Assembly (NCBI RefSeq): GCF_004010195.1
Contig: NC_057718.1
Location: 18,313,689 to 18,377,688, forward strand
DNA length: 64,000 bases
Source: Chiloscyllium plagiosum
Lineage: Eukaryota
Direction: 5' to 3'
The notes below the pieces were generated by a model. That model did no database searches. It saw only the letters and a program-made list of their open reading frames with translations, and was not told where the DNA came from. Position 1 is the first letter of the stretch, and each line of letters opens with the position of its first letter. Positions 39,439 to 52,574 of the stretch are shown here, piece by piece. The translations under genes and the position numbers were made by a program.

Positions 39439-39705
39439 TTACAAGGGGGCATAGCTTTAAATTAAATGGGGGGTAGGTATAGGACAGATGTTAGGGGTAG
39501 GTTCTTTACTCAGCGAGTCGTGAGTTCATGGAATGCCCTTCCAGTAGCAGTGGTGGACTCTCCCTCATTATGGGCATTTAAGCGGGCATTGGATAGGCAT
39601 ATGGAGGATAGTGGGCTAGTGTAGGTTAGGTGGGCTTGGATCGGCGCAACATCGAGGGCCGAAGGGCCTGTACTGCGCTGTATTGTTCTATGTTCTATGT
39701 TCTAT
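39439..39705 (+). mobile_element. CR1 3' end, young
   Basis: Nearly identical to 57196-57462; (ttctatg)n tail. Confidence 0.9.
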
Positions 39706-39709
39706 ATGT

Positions 39710-39970
39710 TTTGTACCAATGCATTGTGTGTGTGTGCATATATGATAATGTTGTGTGTGATATTGTGTGTACATGTTGTATGCATCTATATAATGTGCTC
39801 TGCATATGTGTATATGTGAAATGGTGTGTGTACTGTGTGCGTGTATATGATGCACTCTGTGTCTATGTATCATGCATTTTATCATGTGTGAACTTTGTGC
39901 ATGTCCTGTGTGCATGTGTATGGTGTGCTCCTTGCATTTGTATGCATGTATTTTATGGTGCATGAACTGT
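39710..39970. repeat. TG/TA-rich low-complexity sequence
   Basis: Degenerate tgtgta/tgtgca runs. Confidence 0.8.
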
Positions 39971-39974
39971 GTGC

Positions 39975-40857
39975 TGTGTGACTGGAATGAGATCAGCAGG
40001 CTGGACCTCATAGAATGGCAGTTCCCTGACTGGCGCTGTTAATCTGATCCAATCAGGGTGCCCTCCCTTTCACTGTTTGATCACACAGCATTGCCCTTTG
40101 ATGTGAAGGCCACTGCTTGTCACTGGCCACTCGGGTATTTCCTTTCTTCCTGGTGGTGGAAACTGAATAAAGATTCATGCACCTTGTGTCTCTCACTGTG
40201 TCTCACACCTGCACACACACAATATGGTGCTGGGGAAAAAAATAAGCACTACCACAGTTAGGCGGTAGTATGGGGGTTAAAAAAAAGAAGTGGAGCAGCA
40301 GCACGGGCTGTCCTAGAGGTGGTCGGAAGGTATGTCAGGGCGGACCAAGAACTGGAAGGGGCATGGGGTGGACCAAGAGCCAGAAGGAGCGTGGGGTGGG
40401 CTGCCTTAGAGTGGCTGGAAGGTGGGAGGGATGGGGGATGGGGGGGGGAGCTTGCTGGGCTTCTGGGGGGGTCTGTATTTTATGCACCTTTTTTATGTAA
40501 TTGGACAGTCTTTTATGTACAAATGTCATTGTTTCTGTTTTGTAATGAGTGAAACTGGAATTTAAGGTATGTCCTCATTTCCCTGAAAACTAGTTGAACG
40601 TTAGGGCTTGGGGCCTGGCTTTGCTGCTCCTCTTCCTTGTAAATTATTGTTTCTCTGCGTACAGCTGTTCATGTTAATTGTTTTGTAAACTGCATTGTTT
40701 AATAATATGAACAAAAGAAAAAAGAAAAAGTGGAATGTCAGAGATAATGACACTCTGCTAGCTGACTCTGAAGAGTCAGTTGTAAAGTCAAGGACTGCTC
40801 ATTCATAAATAAAGGGTAACTTGGTGGCGGGATACCAGCCTCTGTGGAGTTCTTTCA
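39975..40857 (+). mobile_element. Solo LTR (same family as 10518-10753) split by a 40065-40730 insertion
   Basis: TG...CA termini; 5-bp TSD TGTGC (39970-39974, 40858-40862); aataaa near the 3' end. Confidence 0.8.
40065..40730 (+). mobile_element. Retroposed insert(s) ending in A-rich tails, possibly L1/Tx1 3' UTR
   Basis: Two modules, each ending in an A-run (about 40280-40290 and 40710-40728); interrupts the LTR. Confidence 0.5.
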
Positions 40858-42341
40858 TGTGCATGTGGTCTGTGTGTGTGTAATATGATGTGTGTACTAC
40901 AAAACAGATGCATGTCAGTGCTGTATGATGTGTTCTAAGTGTGGAATGAGTTAAATGCTATTTTGAAATCTCTGTGCAATGGAGTTTCTTACCTGACACT
41001 TAGTTAAATTTAATTAACAAATAAAACTACTGAGGGAAACAAATCTATTTGGAACATATGGTACAAGTTATACATGAGTGCAGCCACAGAACATGAAAAA
41101 GATGTTGTCCACTTTGCTCTAGTACCATAAGAATTTTGTTAAATCCACACAAAAATAAGAGTAGAAGTATTCATTAAACTGCTTTTGATTGAACCTCCAA
41201 ATCATTAAACAGCACAGCTCATTGACCGTGGATTAGTATAATTATGAACAAGTGTGTTAGCCTCAGCCAAAATGCTGAGCAAAATTGGAACAAGCAATGA
41301 CAAGAGGAAAGGAGAGTGAATGATGGAGTTAGAGGCAGAAAGACAGAGAAACCAGAGTGATCAAGAAAGAATGGAACAAGGGAAGCAGCAAAAGAGTAAA
41401 CAAGAGAGTGAAAACAAAAGAGATACCTATAAAATAAACAAGAGACAGGTCAGGGAGAATGAAATAAATACAATGAGAGACATCCAGACACATTGAGAAA
41501 GACAAATAAAGATGGAAAAAGAGAACAGTGTTCTTGCTGAAATAGAAAAAGGTTTTCCTGTTCTTACCTTCTAAATTCCCATGTCTAGTTCTGAGGGCTT
41601 GGCCTTATTAAATATGTATTGATTTCTGCAATGCCTTTCATATGCTGTCAGCTGCTTTATAACTTTACAGGGTTACAGTCCTCTTTATACTTAATGTTAG
41701 AATTGATTGTAAAGCATTATAGTTTTTCAAAAAAAGATATTTGTCAATTATGCTAGCGCAACAGGGCAAAGCAACAGGAACTTGTCATCCATCAAACAGC
41801 ACAGCAGCAATAAAATATAATGCCCTGTAGGGCTCTCTGTAATGTAGTGGTTGAACAACGTTAAACTACTCTAATAGAGCTTCTATATTCTGCTCTTCGG
41901 GTATACGGAGATACTGAGAAGGTCAGGTTGGCTCTGCAAATGTCGCTTTCATTGATTGACAAAGCAATAGCTCCTATATTGGACAAATTACTAGCTATGT
42001 ATGTATGTGTATGAATCAAATAGTCTGACAGCATGACCAAATTTGATCGAGATATTTTTGGACATCATTCTTGTCTTCTGCCCTCTGCCATTGTCTGCAT
42101 CCGGTTACCTGTACAGATATTCCCAGATACAGCGCCCACCATCTAAGCTACAGCCTCTTATTTAAGTGTACATTGCTTTAGTATGACCCATATCATTGAA
42201 AGATAATATTCCCCAGACACTACATTATTGCTGAAAATAGGGCCACCTTTATTTGAATTGTGACTGTTTTCCAAGCTTTTATAAACTAGCATCTTGCATT
42301 CAAGTTGATTTGGTGAAAAAGACTATAAACATTTCTGTGTC

Positions 42342-43244
42342 TGTTGTGATGTAGTGTGTGTGATTATATATATATTTTAATATAGTTTATTTTGAATGGT
42401 TGAATTATGAAATGGTAGCATATGGGACTTCAGTATGCCTGAAGTGGCTTAATGATCAAGCTTGTAAATATTTCTGTAGCCATGTTGGTATATTTTGAGA
42501 TACAGTATTAGTGAAAGATTTCCTGGATTTTGTTTACAGTGGGAGAGTTTAAAAGTGAACAAAGTAAACAGTCCACTGCAGATAGAAAATTCTAGAATCG
42601 TTCTTTTTGGCTTGGGGAAACATCGATAGCTTGAGAAAAGAAAAGTTTTTCTTTAGTTTGGGGGCGATAAGCAGAATTCATATCTGTGACTAGCTCTGTA
42701 AAATAGTTCCTCCAGAAAAAGAGAGGTCTCCAGGACTGTTAAGAAAGATGTTACCTTAAAGTAAGGAGTTTAGTTTAAATGTTCCAGACCAGATGTGTTT
42801 TGTTAAAGCCCTGAAGGTTTTATTTGAAGCTGAGAAAGTCTAAGCTTAGTTGTATAAAAATTCCAGGAAGAGACTATTAGATTCTCAATATAGGGAATTG
42901 AAGCCACAGTTAAATTAAGTCCTGAAGCTGAAAAAGAGCAGGAAATTCTCTCTGGTAAGAAAAGGAGTATTGTTAGGATTAATGGAATTATATTTTACCA
43001 TGTGCTCAAAATAATTAAATTTGTGTTATATGTAAGTAGTTTAGTTTATTCTATTTTAACTTTATCTCTTTTGTGTAATACACTTCTGTTTAAATGGTAA
43101 ATCAGATTCTACAGCATTGTATGTTTGTGTTTCAAAGAGAGACCACCTCGTGACAAACCATAAGGGAACAAACTATCATCTATCAGGCCAGGTCCCAGGC
43201 TGGGATTTTATTGTTTAGTAACAACATTAACTTGGATCGTTACA
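42342..43244 (+). mobile_element. Probable LTR (about 900 bp)
   Basis: tgttgtgat...atcgttaca imperfect inverted termini; part is repeated, inverted, at 60240-60420; no clear TSD. Confidence 0.55.
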
Positions 43245-43544
43245 GCTGGGGACACTTGGCAGGATTTTAGTATTCAATGGATTTAAGAGGATATGCCATT
43301 CTTTTAAAGTGCAGGACATATTAACTAAATGAAGAGCATCTCAAATACAAGCCAATAAGGATTAGGTAATGGTCCATCAAGTGGTAGTTCCATCTGAGTA
43401 TTGTAATAAAATTGTTCGAGTGACTCAAAATTGTAGTGGCATGTCACATCAATATTAGGAAAGCAAAGGCCAAAGAATGAAATCATTTTGATTGACAAGT
43501 TTTACATAAAGATGTAGACAACTTTTCCCAAGCGTGATATTCAT

Positions 43545-44068
43545 GGATGTAGGTTTGCTTGCTCATTTTCAGATGTTTCGTCACCATTCTAGGTAACATC
43601 TTCAGTGAGCCTCCAGACGAAACACTGCTGATGATTCCTGTTTTTTATTTATATATTTGGGTTGGTGATGTCATGTCCTGTGGTGTTGTCATTTCCTGTT
43701 CTTTTTCTCAGGGAGTGATAAATCGGGTCCAAGTCAATGTATTTGTTGATAGAGTTCTGGTTAGAATGCCATGCATCTAGGAATTCTCATGCATGTCTCT
43801 GTTTGGCTTGTCCGAGGATGGATGTGTTGTCCTAGTCGAAGTGGTGTCCTTTATCATCTGTATGTAAGCATACCGACTTACATACAGATAAAGAAGGACA
43901 CCATTTTGACTGGGATAACACCATTCATCTTAGGACAAGCCAAACAGAGACACACACGAGAATTCCTAGAAGCAGCATTCTAACCAGAACTCTATCAACA
44001 AACACATTGACTTGGACCCGATTTATCACTCCCTGAGAAAAAGAACAGGAAATGACATCACCACAGGA
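43545..44068. mobile_element. Inverted pair of Penelope 3' ends (second family)
   Basis: Arms about 43676-43868 and 43877-44068 around the loop cataccga; encodes HTDKEGHHFDWDN / ILGQAKQRHTREFLEA (GIY-YIG C-terminus). Confidence 0.88.
43561..43610 (-). ncRNA. Hammerhead ribozyme motif, second family
   Basis: Minus strand gctca-CTGAAGA-t-GTTACC-tagaat-GGTGAC-GAAA-C-ATC-tgaaaatgagc. Confidence 0.7.
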
Positions 44069-44459
44069 GATGTACTGGAAATGAGATGAGATGACTGTCC
44101 TCCAACAACCATAACCACTTCCTACGTACCAGGAATGACTTGAACTAGTGGAGATTATTCCCCTGATGCACATTGACTCCAGCTTTGCAAGGGCTCCTTA
44201 ATACCACACTCAGTCAAATGGGGCCTTGATTTCAAAGATTGTCACTCTCACATTGTCTCTTGAATTCATATTTGAACCAAAGCTTTGTGGCACTGGTGAG
44301 TCAGTGAGCAGGTTACTGCTAAGCAAGAGTTGCCGAAGAGCACTATTGATAACACTTTCCATCATTTTACTGGTGACTGAGAGAAAACTGACAAATATGG
44401 AGGACCAACAAGGGTGCATTCAGAGAGTTAAGTCTGAAGGTACAAAAAAAGGCACGGAT

Positions 44460-47190
44460 AAGACCATAAGACCAAAAGACATCGGAGCAGAAATTAGGCC
44501 ATTCAGCCCATCAAGTCTGTTCCACCATTCAACTGTGGCTGATAAGTTTCTCATCCCCATCCTTCTGCTTTCTCCCCGTAACCCTTGATCCCTTTGATAC
44601 TCAGTCTTATACTCAATGACTTGGTCTCCACAACCTTCTAAGGCAATGAATTCCATAGATTCACCACTCTCTGGCTAATGAAGTTTCTCTTATCTCCATT
44701 CTAAAAGGCCGTCCCTTTACTCTCGGGTCCTAGTCTCTTCTACTAATGGAAACATTTTCCCAACATCTACTCTGTCCAGGGCAGTCAGTACTCTGTAAGT
44801 TTCAATTAGATCCCCCCTCATCCTTCTAAACTCCATTGAGTAAAAACCCAGAACCCTCAAACGTTCCTCATATGGTAAGCTTTTCATTCTCATGAAACTC
44901 CTCTGAACCCGCATCCTTCCTGAGATACAGGGCCTGGAACTGCACACAATACTCCAAATGTGGTCTGACCGCACACTTATAGAGCCTCAGAAGTACATCC
45001 CTGTTTTTATATTCAAGTCCTGTCAAAACAAACACCATCATTGCATTTGCCTTTCGAACTACTGACTCAACCTGCAAGTTTACCTTGGGAGAATCCCAGA
45101 CTAGAACTCCCAAGTCTCTTTACACTTCAGACTTCTGAATCTTCTCCCCATTTAGAAAAAGTCTTTGCCTTTATTCACCCTTAACAACGTCTCCTTCCAA
45201 TCCTCCCACTTAATCCAAACCAAAGTGGCAGCCATGGGCACTCACATGGTTACCCAGCTATGACTGCCTGTTAGTCGGATATGTGGAACAGTCCATCTTC
45301 CGCAGTTACACTGGCAACAACACCCACCTGGTCCTCCGTTACATCGATGACTGTATCGGTGCTGCCTCGTGCTCCCACGAGGAGGTTGAACAGTTCATCA
45401 ACTTTACCAACACCTTCCACCCTGACCTCAAATTCACCTGGACCATCTTTGAAACCTCCGTCCCCTACCTGGACCTCTCCATCACTGTCTCTGGCAACTG
45501 ACTAACCACAGACATAAACCACAAGCCCACCGACTCCCACAGCTACCTAGACTACACCTCCTCCCATCCTACCTCCTATAAAAACACCATCCCTTATTCC
45601 CAATTCATCCACCTATGCCGCCTCTGTTCCCAGGATGACCAATTCCACCTCAGAAAGTTCCAGATGGCCTCCTTCTTCCATGATCGCAACTTCCCTTCCC
45701 ACGTGGTTGACGATACCCTCCAGTGCATCTCCTCCACTTCACACACCACCACCTTTGAACCCCACCACTCCCAATGCAACAAGGACTGAAACCTCCAGTC
45801 CACACTTCCACCCCACCAACCTCCGCATACAACGCATCATCCTCTGCCACTTCCGCCACTTCCAAATGGACCCCACCTCCAGAGATATATTTCTCTCCCT
45901 ACCCCTATCAGCGTTCTGAAAAGAACATTCCCTCCGCGACTACCTCGTCAGGTCCACACCCCTCACCAGCCCACACCCCACTCCTGGCACCTTTCCCTGC
46001 CACCGGAGGAAGTATAAAACCTGCGCCCACACAACTCCCCTCACCTCCGTTCAAGGCCCCAAGGGATCATTCCACATCTGTCAGAAACTTACCTGTACTT
46101 CTACCAATATCATCCGTTGTGTCTGATGTGGTCTCCCGTACATTGGCGAGACAGGACCCCTCCTTTCAGAGAACATCTCTGGGACACCCGCATCCACCAA
46201 CCCCACCGCCCCATGGCTGAACACTTCAACTTCCCCTCCCATTCCATCAAGGACATGCAGGCCCTGGGCCTTCTCCACCACCAAACTGTTACCACCCGAA
46301 GCCTGGGGAAGGAACGCCTTATATTCTGCCTTGGGACCCTGCAACCACACGGGATAAATGTGGATTTCAACAGCTTCCTCATTTCACCTCCCCCCCCCCC
46401 ACAGTATCCCAGTCCCAAGCCTCCAGACCTGTCCATCACTCCCCCCTCTTCCTATCATCTTCTTCCTCCCTTTCATAGACTCTCGCTTTCCCCACTACCT
46501 TCCCCAAAACTCCACCCCCTCCCATTTATTTCTCAGTCCGGACCCACAAGCCTCATTCCTGAAGGGCTTATGCCTTAAACGTCAATTCTCCTGCTCCTCA
46601 GATGCTGCCTGACCTGCTGAGCTTTTCCAGCACTACACTCTCGACTCTGACCTCCAGCATCTGCAGTCCTCATTTTCTCCATGCATCTATTCTTCCTACC
46701 AAAGTGCATGACTTCACACTTTCTCACGTTGTACTCCATCTGCCACTTCTTTGCCCACTGTCCTAACCTGTCTAAATGCTTCTGCAGCCTCCCTGCCTCC
46801 TCAATGCTACCTGTCCCTCTACTTATCTTTGTATCATCTGCAAACTTAGCCAGAATGCCTTCAGTTCCTTCATTTAGATCATTAATCTATAAAGTGAAAA
46901 GTTGTGGTCCCAACACTGAGCCTTGTGGAACACCACTTGTCACTGGCTGCCATTCTTAGAAGGACCCTTTCACCACCACTCTCTGCTTTCTGCCAGACAG
47001 CCAGGCTTCTATCCATGCTAGTACTTTGCCTCTGACACTATGGGCCCTTATCTTATTCAGTAGGCTCCTGTGCAGCACTGTGTCAAAGACCTTCTTGAAG
47101 TCCAGGTAGATAATAGCTATTGGCTCTCCTTGGTTTAACTTGCTCGTTACTTCCGCAACGAATTCTAATAGATTTGCCAGGCATGACCTC
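44460..47190 (-). mobile_element. CR1 LINE fragment split by Penelope (44460-45177 plus 46681-47190)
   Basis: VRPHLEYCVQF, RRMRGDLIETY; RT motifs (KFADDTK, VPQGSVLGP) on the minus strand of 46681-47190. Confidence 0.9.
45178..46680 (+). mobile_element. Penelope-like element, 5'-truncated RT plus GIY-YIG plus terminal repeat
   Basis: LRYIDDCIGAASCS..FINFTNTFHPDLKFTW; YIGET; MAEHFN; ERLIFCLGTLQPHGINVDF; decayed hammerhead cctgaagggcttatgccttaaacgtc near 46558. Confidence 0.92.
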
Positions 47191-48145
47191 CCTGTTTCAG
47201 AGCCATATCCATCTTATTTCACAATCTGGAAAACTTGGTATCTGTCCTTTTACCTCTTGCCAATTAATCCTACACCATATCCAATCTCACACTGTCCACA
47301 TCAAAAAAGTCCCACACTCAGCCCCCAAACTCTTTGTTATCATCCTGATAGGGAGAGTGCACTGGAAATGAACAAATGTGAAAACGACCAACTTACTCAC
47401 TTGGATAGTAAATACCTGACTGTTACTCTAAGATAAGTGAAACTCACATCATGTATCAGACATGAATAAGAAACCGAAAACTTATTTGTTATAACAAACT
47501 TATCCTTCAATGAGGCAAAATGAGTGACCAACTATAAATGTACAAAGTAAAACTATACTTCCTATAAAGCTGAAAGCTTTCACATCCATTCACAAATAGG
47601 ATGGGCAAAGCAGATGAAAGAAGCAAGAACATCATGAAATACACAGCTAAAAGGGATCAAAGTCTGTAAATTCATGATGAGTCAGATCTTTTTTTCAGTT
47701 TGAATTGCAACGATGCAGATGGCTGTAGTGATACAGCTAAGGAATGATAGGGGAATCTAACTGTCCCAAATTCAAGCTGAATAATACTCAAGATCAATTG
47801 AGTCTTTTAGATTTTAGCTGGAAATGAAGATACAGGATCCTGTTATCTTCATCAAAATTTAAAATCAAGTTAGTTATTAAAACATCGAAGAACTTCAGAG
47901 AAATTCCTTAGCTTCTCAATGTGTAATACTGTGTACTGTTTGGGAATATGAAGTAGGAGTTTTCTTGGCAGGAATTTATTTGAACGAATGCTATGAGTGA
48001 CATTGGGAAGCACCAAAATGATACAAAGCCTGACAGTGCCCATTGCTAACATCACCGGGCTTTGTCAACACAACATGCCAAAACACAGTTGGAGCAGGAA
48101 ATCCTGGATTGTAGGCACCAGTTTACTAGACAGGAGTCTAGTAAA

Positions 48146-48480
48146 TGGCACGGTGGCACAGTGGTTAGCACTGCTGCCTCACAGCGCCAGAGACCCGGGT
48201 TTAATTCCTGCCTCAGGCAACTCACTGTGTGGAGTTTGCATATTCTCCCCATGTCTGCGTGGGTTTCCTCCGGGTGCTCCGGTTTCCTCCCACAGTCCAA
48301 AGATGTGCAGGTCAGGTGAATTGGCCATGCTAAATTGCCCGTAGTGTTAGGTAAGGGGTAAATGTAGGGGTATGGGTGGGTTATGCTTCGGTGGGTCGGT
48401 GTGGACTTGTTGGGCCGAAGGGCCTGTTTCCACACTGTAATATAATCTAATCTAATCTATAATCTAATAATCTAATCTAA
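48146..48480 (+). mobile_element. HE1-like SINE with (taatc)n tail
   Basis: Full-length head, core and tail. Confidence 0.93.
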
Positions 48481-48869
48481 GTAACTTTCAAATCCAGTCA
48501 GGCATTCACTTCTGCACCGTTCATGCCTCGCTCGACATAAACCGATGTTAAATCCTTTCAAACACTTAAAGAATTATAGTCAATATTCTCTATGGCTTTT
48601 AATAAGAGCAATTAACGTTTAACGCTGATGTGCAGATTACAATACAAATCCATGCCAGTATTATTGCTGCGCCTGTCAACCTTAAATGCACCTGTATTTA
48701 TAAACAATACAGAAAGAGTAAAGTTAACTGCTTCCAGGATAGATGTTGGCACGGTGGAGCTGCGCCAGGGTCATGAACGCTCCGTGAGTTCCCGGTCCTT
48801 GGAAGTTAGGGGAGGATGTTGTATACAGCCATGGTGCAGGATTTTATGCTGTACTTTGTTGTGAGACTG

Positions 48870-49178
48870 AGCACTGGGAGGGCAAACAGACCATTTGGCC
48901 CAACAGATCTACACCGACCCTTCACACACTCATTCCAATATCCCTATTAACATATATTTCCCCTGACTAATGCACCTGACCTATACATCCCTGAACACTA
49001 TGGGCAATTTAGCAAGGTCAATCCACTTGACCTGCACAGCTTTGGATTGTGGGAGGAAACCCATGCTAACACTGGGAGAATATGCAAACTCCATCCAGGC
49101 AGTCACCTGAGGCTGGAATCAAACCCGGGTCCCTGCTGCTGTGAGGCAGCCATGGTAACCACTGAGCCACTGTGCTCC
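48870..49178 (-). mobile_element. HE1-like SINE
   Basis: Core and head; the head runs into the tandem array. Confidence 0.85.
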
Positions 49179-49396
49179 CTCCACCACTGAGCGACCGTGC
49201 TGTCCCATCACTGAGCCAATGTGCTCCCCCCATCACTGAGCCACCATGCCCCCCCATCACTGAGCCACCGTGCCCCCCCATCACTGAGCCACCGTGCCCC
49301 CCCATCACTGAGCCACCACGCCACCCCACCACTGAGTGACCGTGCTGCCCCACCACTGAGCCACCCTGCTGCCCCACTACTGAGCCACCCTGCCTC
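49159..49396 (-). repeat. About 23-24-bp minisatellite derived from the SINE 5' end (about 10 units)
   Basis: Unit (c/t)cactgagccaccgtgccccccca; the reverse complement contains ggcacggtggctcagtg. Confidence 0.9.
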
Positions 49397-49560
49397 CCTG
49401 TTTGTTATGTTCGTTGCTCGAGGCCTGCAGAGCATGTACCTGCTTCACCTCCTGTCAAGGCCTTCCACTTAGACCTATCATTCATTTTCCCTCCCTTTCT
49501 TTTATTTTTGCTCTTTCTTTTCTCTTTTTTTCCTTGCCTTTTCCTTTCTTTTTAGCAGCA

Positions 49561-52165
49561 CGTGGGCAGTGGGTGGAGCGGTCCCATGCTGGAGAGTGGG
49601 CAGTGGGGTGAACAGCCCCTTCCCGGACAGTGGGCAGTGGGGTGAACAGCCCTTCCTGGACAGTGGGCAGTGGGGTGAACAGCCCTTCCCGGACAGTGGG
49701 CAGTGGGGTGAACAGCCCCTTCCCGGACAGGGGGCAGTGGGGTGAACAGCCCCTTCCCGGACAGTGGGCAGTGGGTGGAGCGGTCCCATGCTGGAGAGTG
49801 GGCAGTGGGGTGAACAGCCCCTTCCCGGACAGTGGGCAGTGGGGTGAACAGCTCTTCCTGGACAGTGGGCAGTGGGGTGAACAGCCCCTTCCCGGACAGG
49901 GGGCAGTGGGGTGAACAGCCCTTCCTGGACAGTGGGCAGTGGGGTGAACAGCCCCTTCCCGGACAGGGGGCAGTGGGGTGAACAGCCCTTCCTGGACAGT
50001 GGGCAGTGGGGTGAACAGCCCCTTCCCAGACAGTGGGCAGTGGGGTGAACAGCCCTTCCTGGACAGTGGGCAGTGGGGTGAACAGCCCCTTCCCGGACAG
50101 TGGGCAGTGGGGTGAACAGCCCTTCCTGGACAGTGGGCAGTGGGGTGAACAGCCCCTTCCCGGACAGTGGGCAGTGGGGTGAACAACCCTTCCTGGACAG
50201 GGGGCAGTGGGGTGAACAACCCCTTCCCGGACAGGGGGCAGTGGGGGGATCAGCCCCTTCCCGTACAGAGGGCAGTGGGGGTACAGCCCCTTGCCAGATA
50301 GTGGGCAGTGAGGGGAACAGCTCCTTCCTGGACAGTGGGCTGTGGGGGGAACAGACCCTTCCCAGACAGTGGGCAGTGGGGGTAACAGCCCCTTCCTGGA
50401 CAGTGGGCAGTGGGTGGAGTGGTCCCTTGCTGGAGAGTAGGCAGTGAGGGGAACAGCCCCTTCACAGAGTGTGGGCAGCAGGTGGGAACGGTCCCTTCCT
50501 GGATTGGGGGCAGCGGGGGTGAATGGTCCCTTCCCGGTGTGTGGGCAGCGGGGGGGAATGGGCCTGGGCAGCAGGGGGAATGGGCCCTTCCCGGTGTGTG
50601 GGCAGCAGGGGGAATGGGCCCTTCCCGGTGTGTGGGCAGCAGGGGGAATGGGCCCTCCCCAGTGTGTGGGCAGCAGGGGGAATGGGCCCTTCCCGGTGTG
50701 TGGGCAGCAGGGGGAATGGGCCCTTCCCAGTGTGTGGGCAGCAGGGGGAATGGGAATGGGCCCTTCCCAGTGTGTGGGCAGCAGGGGGAATGGGCCCTTC
50801 CCAGTGTGTGGGCAGCGGGGATGAATGGGTCCTTCCCAGTGTGTGGGCAGCAGGGGGGAATGGTCCCTTCACGGTGTGTGGGCAGCGGGGGGGAATGGTC
50901 CCTTCCCAGTGTGTGGGCAGCGGGGAGGAATGGTCCCTTCCCAGTGTGTGGGCAGTGGGGGGAATGGGCACTTCCCAGTGTGTGGGGAGCGGGGATGAAT
51001 GGGCCCTTCCCAGTGTGTGGGCAGCAGGGGGGAATGGTCCCTTCCTGGATTGTGGGCAGCAGGGGGGAATGGTCCCTTCCCAGTGTGTGGGCAGCGGGGA
51101 GGAATGGTCCCTTCCCAGTGTGTGGGCAGCGGGGAGGAATGGTCCCTTCCCAGTGTGTGGGCAGCGGGGAGGAATGGTCCCTTCCCAGTGTGTGGGCAGC
51201 GGGGAGGAATGGTCCCTTCCCAGTGTGTGGGCAGCGGGGAGGAATGGTCCCTTCCCAGTGTGTGGGCAGCGGGGAGGAATGGTCCCTTCCCAGTGTGTGG
51301 GCAGCGGGGAGGAATGGTCCCTTCCCAGTGTGTGGGCAGCGGGGAGGAATGGTCCCTTCCCAGTGTGTGGGCAGCGGGGAGGAATGGTCCCTTCCCAGTG
51401 TGTGGGCAGCGGGGAGGAATGGTCCCTTCCCAGTGTGTGGGCAGCGGGGAGGAATGGTCCCTTCCCAGTGTGTGGGCAGCGGGGAGGAATGGTCCCTTCC
51501 CAGTGTGTGGGCAGCGGGGAGGAATGGTCCCTTCCCAGTGTGTGGGCAGCGGGGAGGAATGGTCCCTTCCCAGTGTGTGGGCAGCGGGGAGGAATGGTCC
51601 CTTCCCAGTGTGTGGGCAGCGGGGAGGAATGGTCCCTTCCCAGTGTGTGGGCAGCGGGGAGGAATGGTCCCTTCCCAGTGTGTGGGCAGCGGGGAGGAAT
51701 GGTCCCTTCCCAGTGTGTGGGCAGCGGGGAGGAATGGTCCCTTCCCAGTGTGTGGGCAGCGGGGAGGAATGGTCCCTTCCCAGTGTGTGGGCAGCGGGGA
51801 GGAATGGTCCCTTCCCAGTGTGTGGGCAGCGGGGAGGAATGGTCCCTTCCCAGTGTGTGGGCAGCGGGGAGGAATGGGGACTGTGGGCAGCGGGGTAATG
51901 GTCCCTTCCTGGATTGTGGGCAGTGGGGGGAATGGTCCCTCCCTGGATTGTGGGCAGCGGGGGGGAATGGACCCTTCCTGGATTGTGGGCAGCGGAGGGG
52001 AATGCTCCCTTCCCAGTGTGTGGGCAGCAGGGGGGAATGGTCCCTTCCTGGATTGTGGGCAGCAGGGGGGAATGGTCCCTTCCCAGTGTGTGGGCAGCGG
52101 AGGGAGCAGTCCCTTCCCGGAGTGTGGGCAGTGGGTGGAGACTTTCCTTCCCGGAGTGTGGACAC
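49561..52165. repeat. G-rich minisatellite: 33/34-bp units grading into 35-bp units
   Basis: Left unit cagtgggcagtggggtgaacagccc(c)ttcc(c/t)gga; 22 perfect copies of tgtgggcagcggggaggaatggtcccttcccagtg at 51086-51855. Confidence 0.97.
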
Positions 52166-52574
52166 TGGAAGAGGAGCCTTTCCTTCCTAGCATTGAGTTG
52201 GAGCCCATTTTGGGACCCAGCAGCTCTAGCAGTGGCTGCATTGCTGAGACCAGTCCAACACGATCTCATGGTGGTGACATTGGGGTGGAAGAATGGTGCT
52301 GAAGAATGGTGACAAGGTTGGCATGGCCCTAGGAGATGGGTGGGCCCCGGGGACCTGATAGTGGAGACGGTGGTGCACTGGCTGCATTGGTGTGGGGGCT
52401 TGGGCACCTGACTGTTCGCAGACCAAGGGATGGATTTTGTGGCTTTGTTCTGCTGATGGTGAGGACTCATGGTGGAGTTGGGGGAGTGGTCTGGACATTT
52501 AATTTCTTTTGGCATTGCTTTTATTTCTGCTTCTGTTTTTAATCCTGTCTTTAGTAGTCCAAGATGGTGCTGAG

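Noticed and set aside
47236..47880. Possible minus-strand LTR
   Set aside because: No termini, TSD or second copy identified
51086..51877. CRISPR-like 35-bp repeats
   Set aside because: Units are contiguous with no spacers, there are no cas genes, and the context is eukaryotic
49482..52515. Long ORFs of 245-663 aa on both strands
   Set aside because: By-product of a stop-free 33-35-bp tandem repeat that is open in several frames on both strands; not a gene
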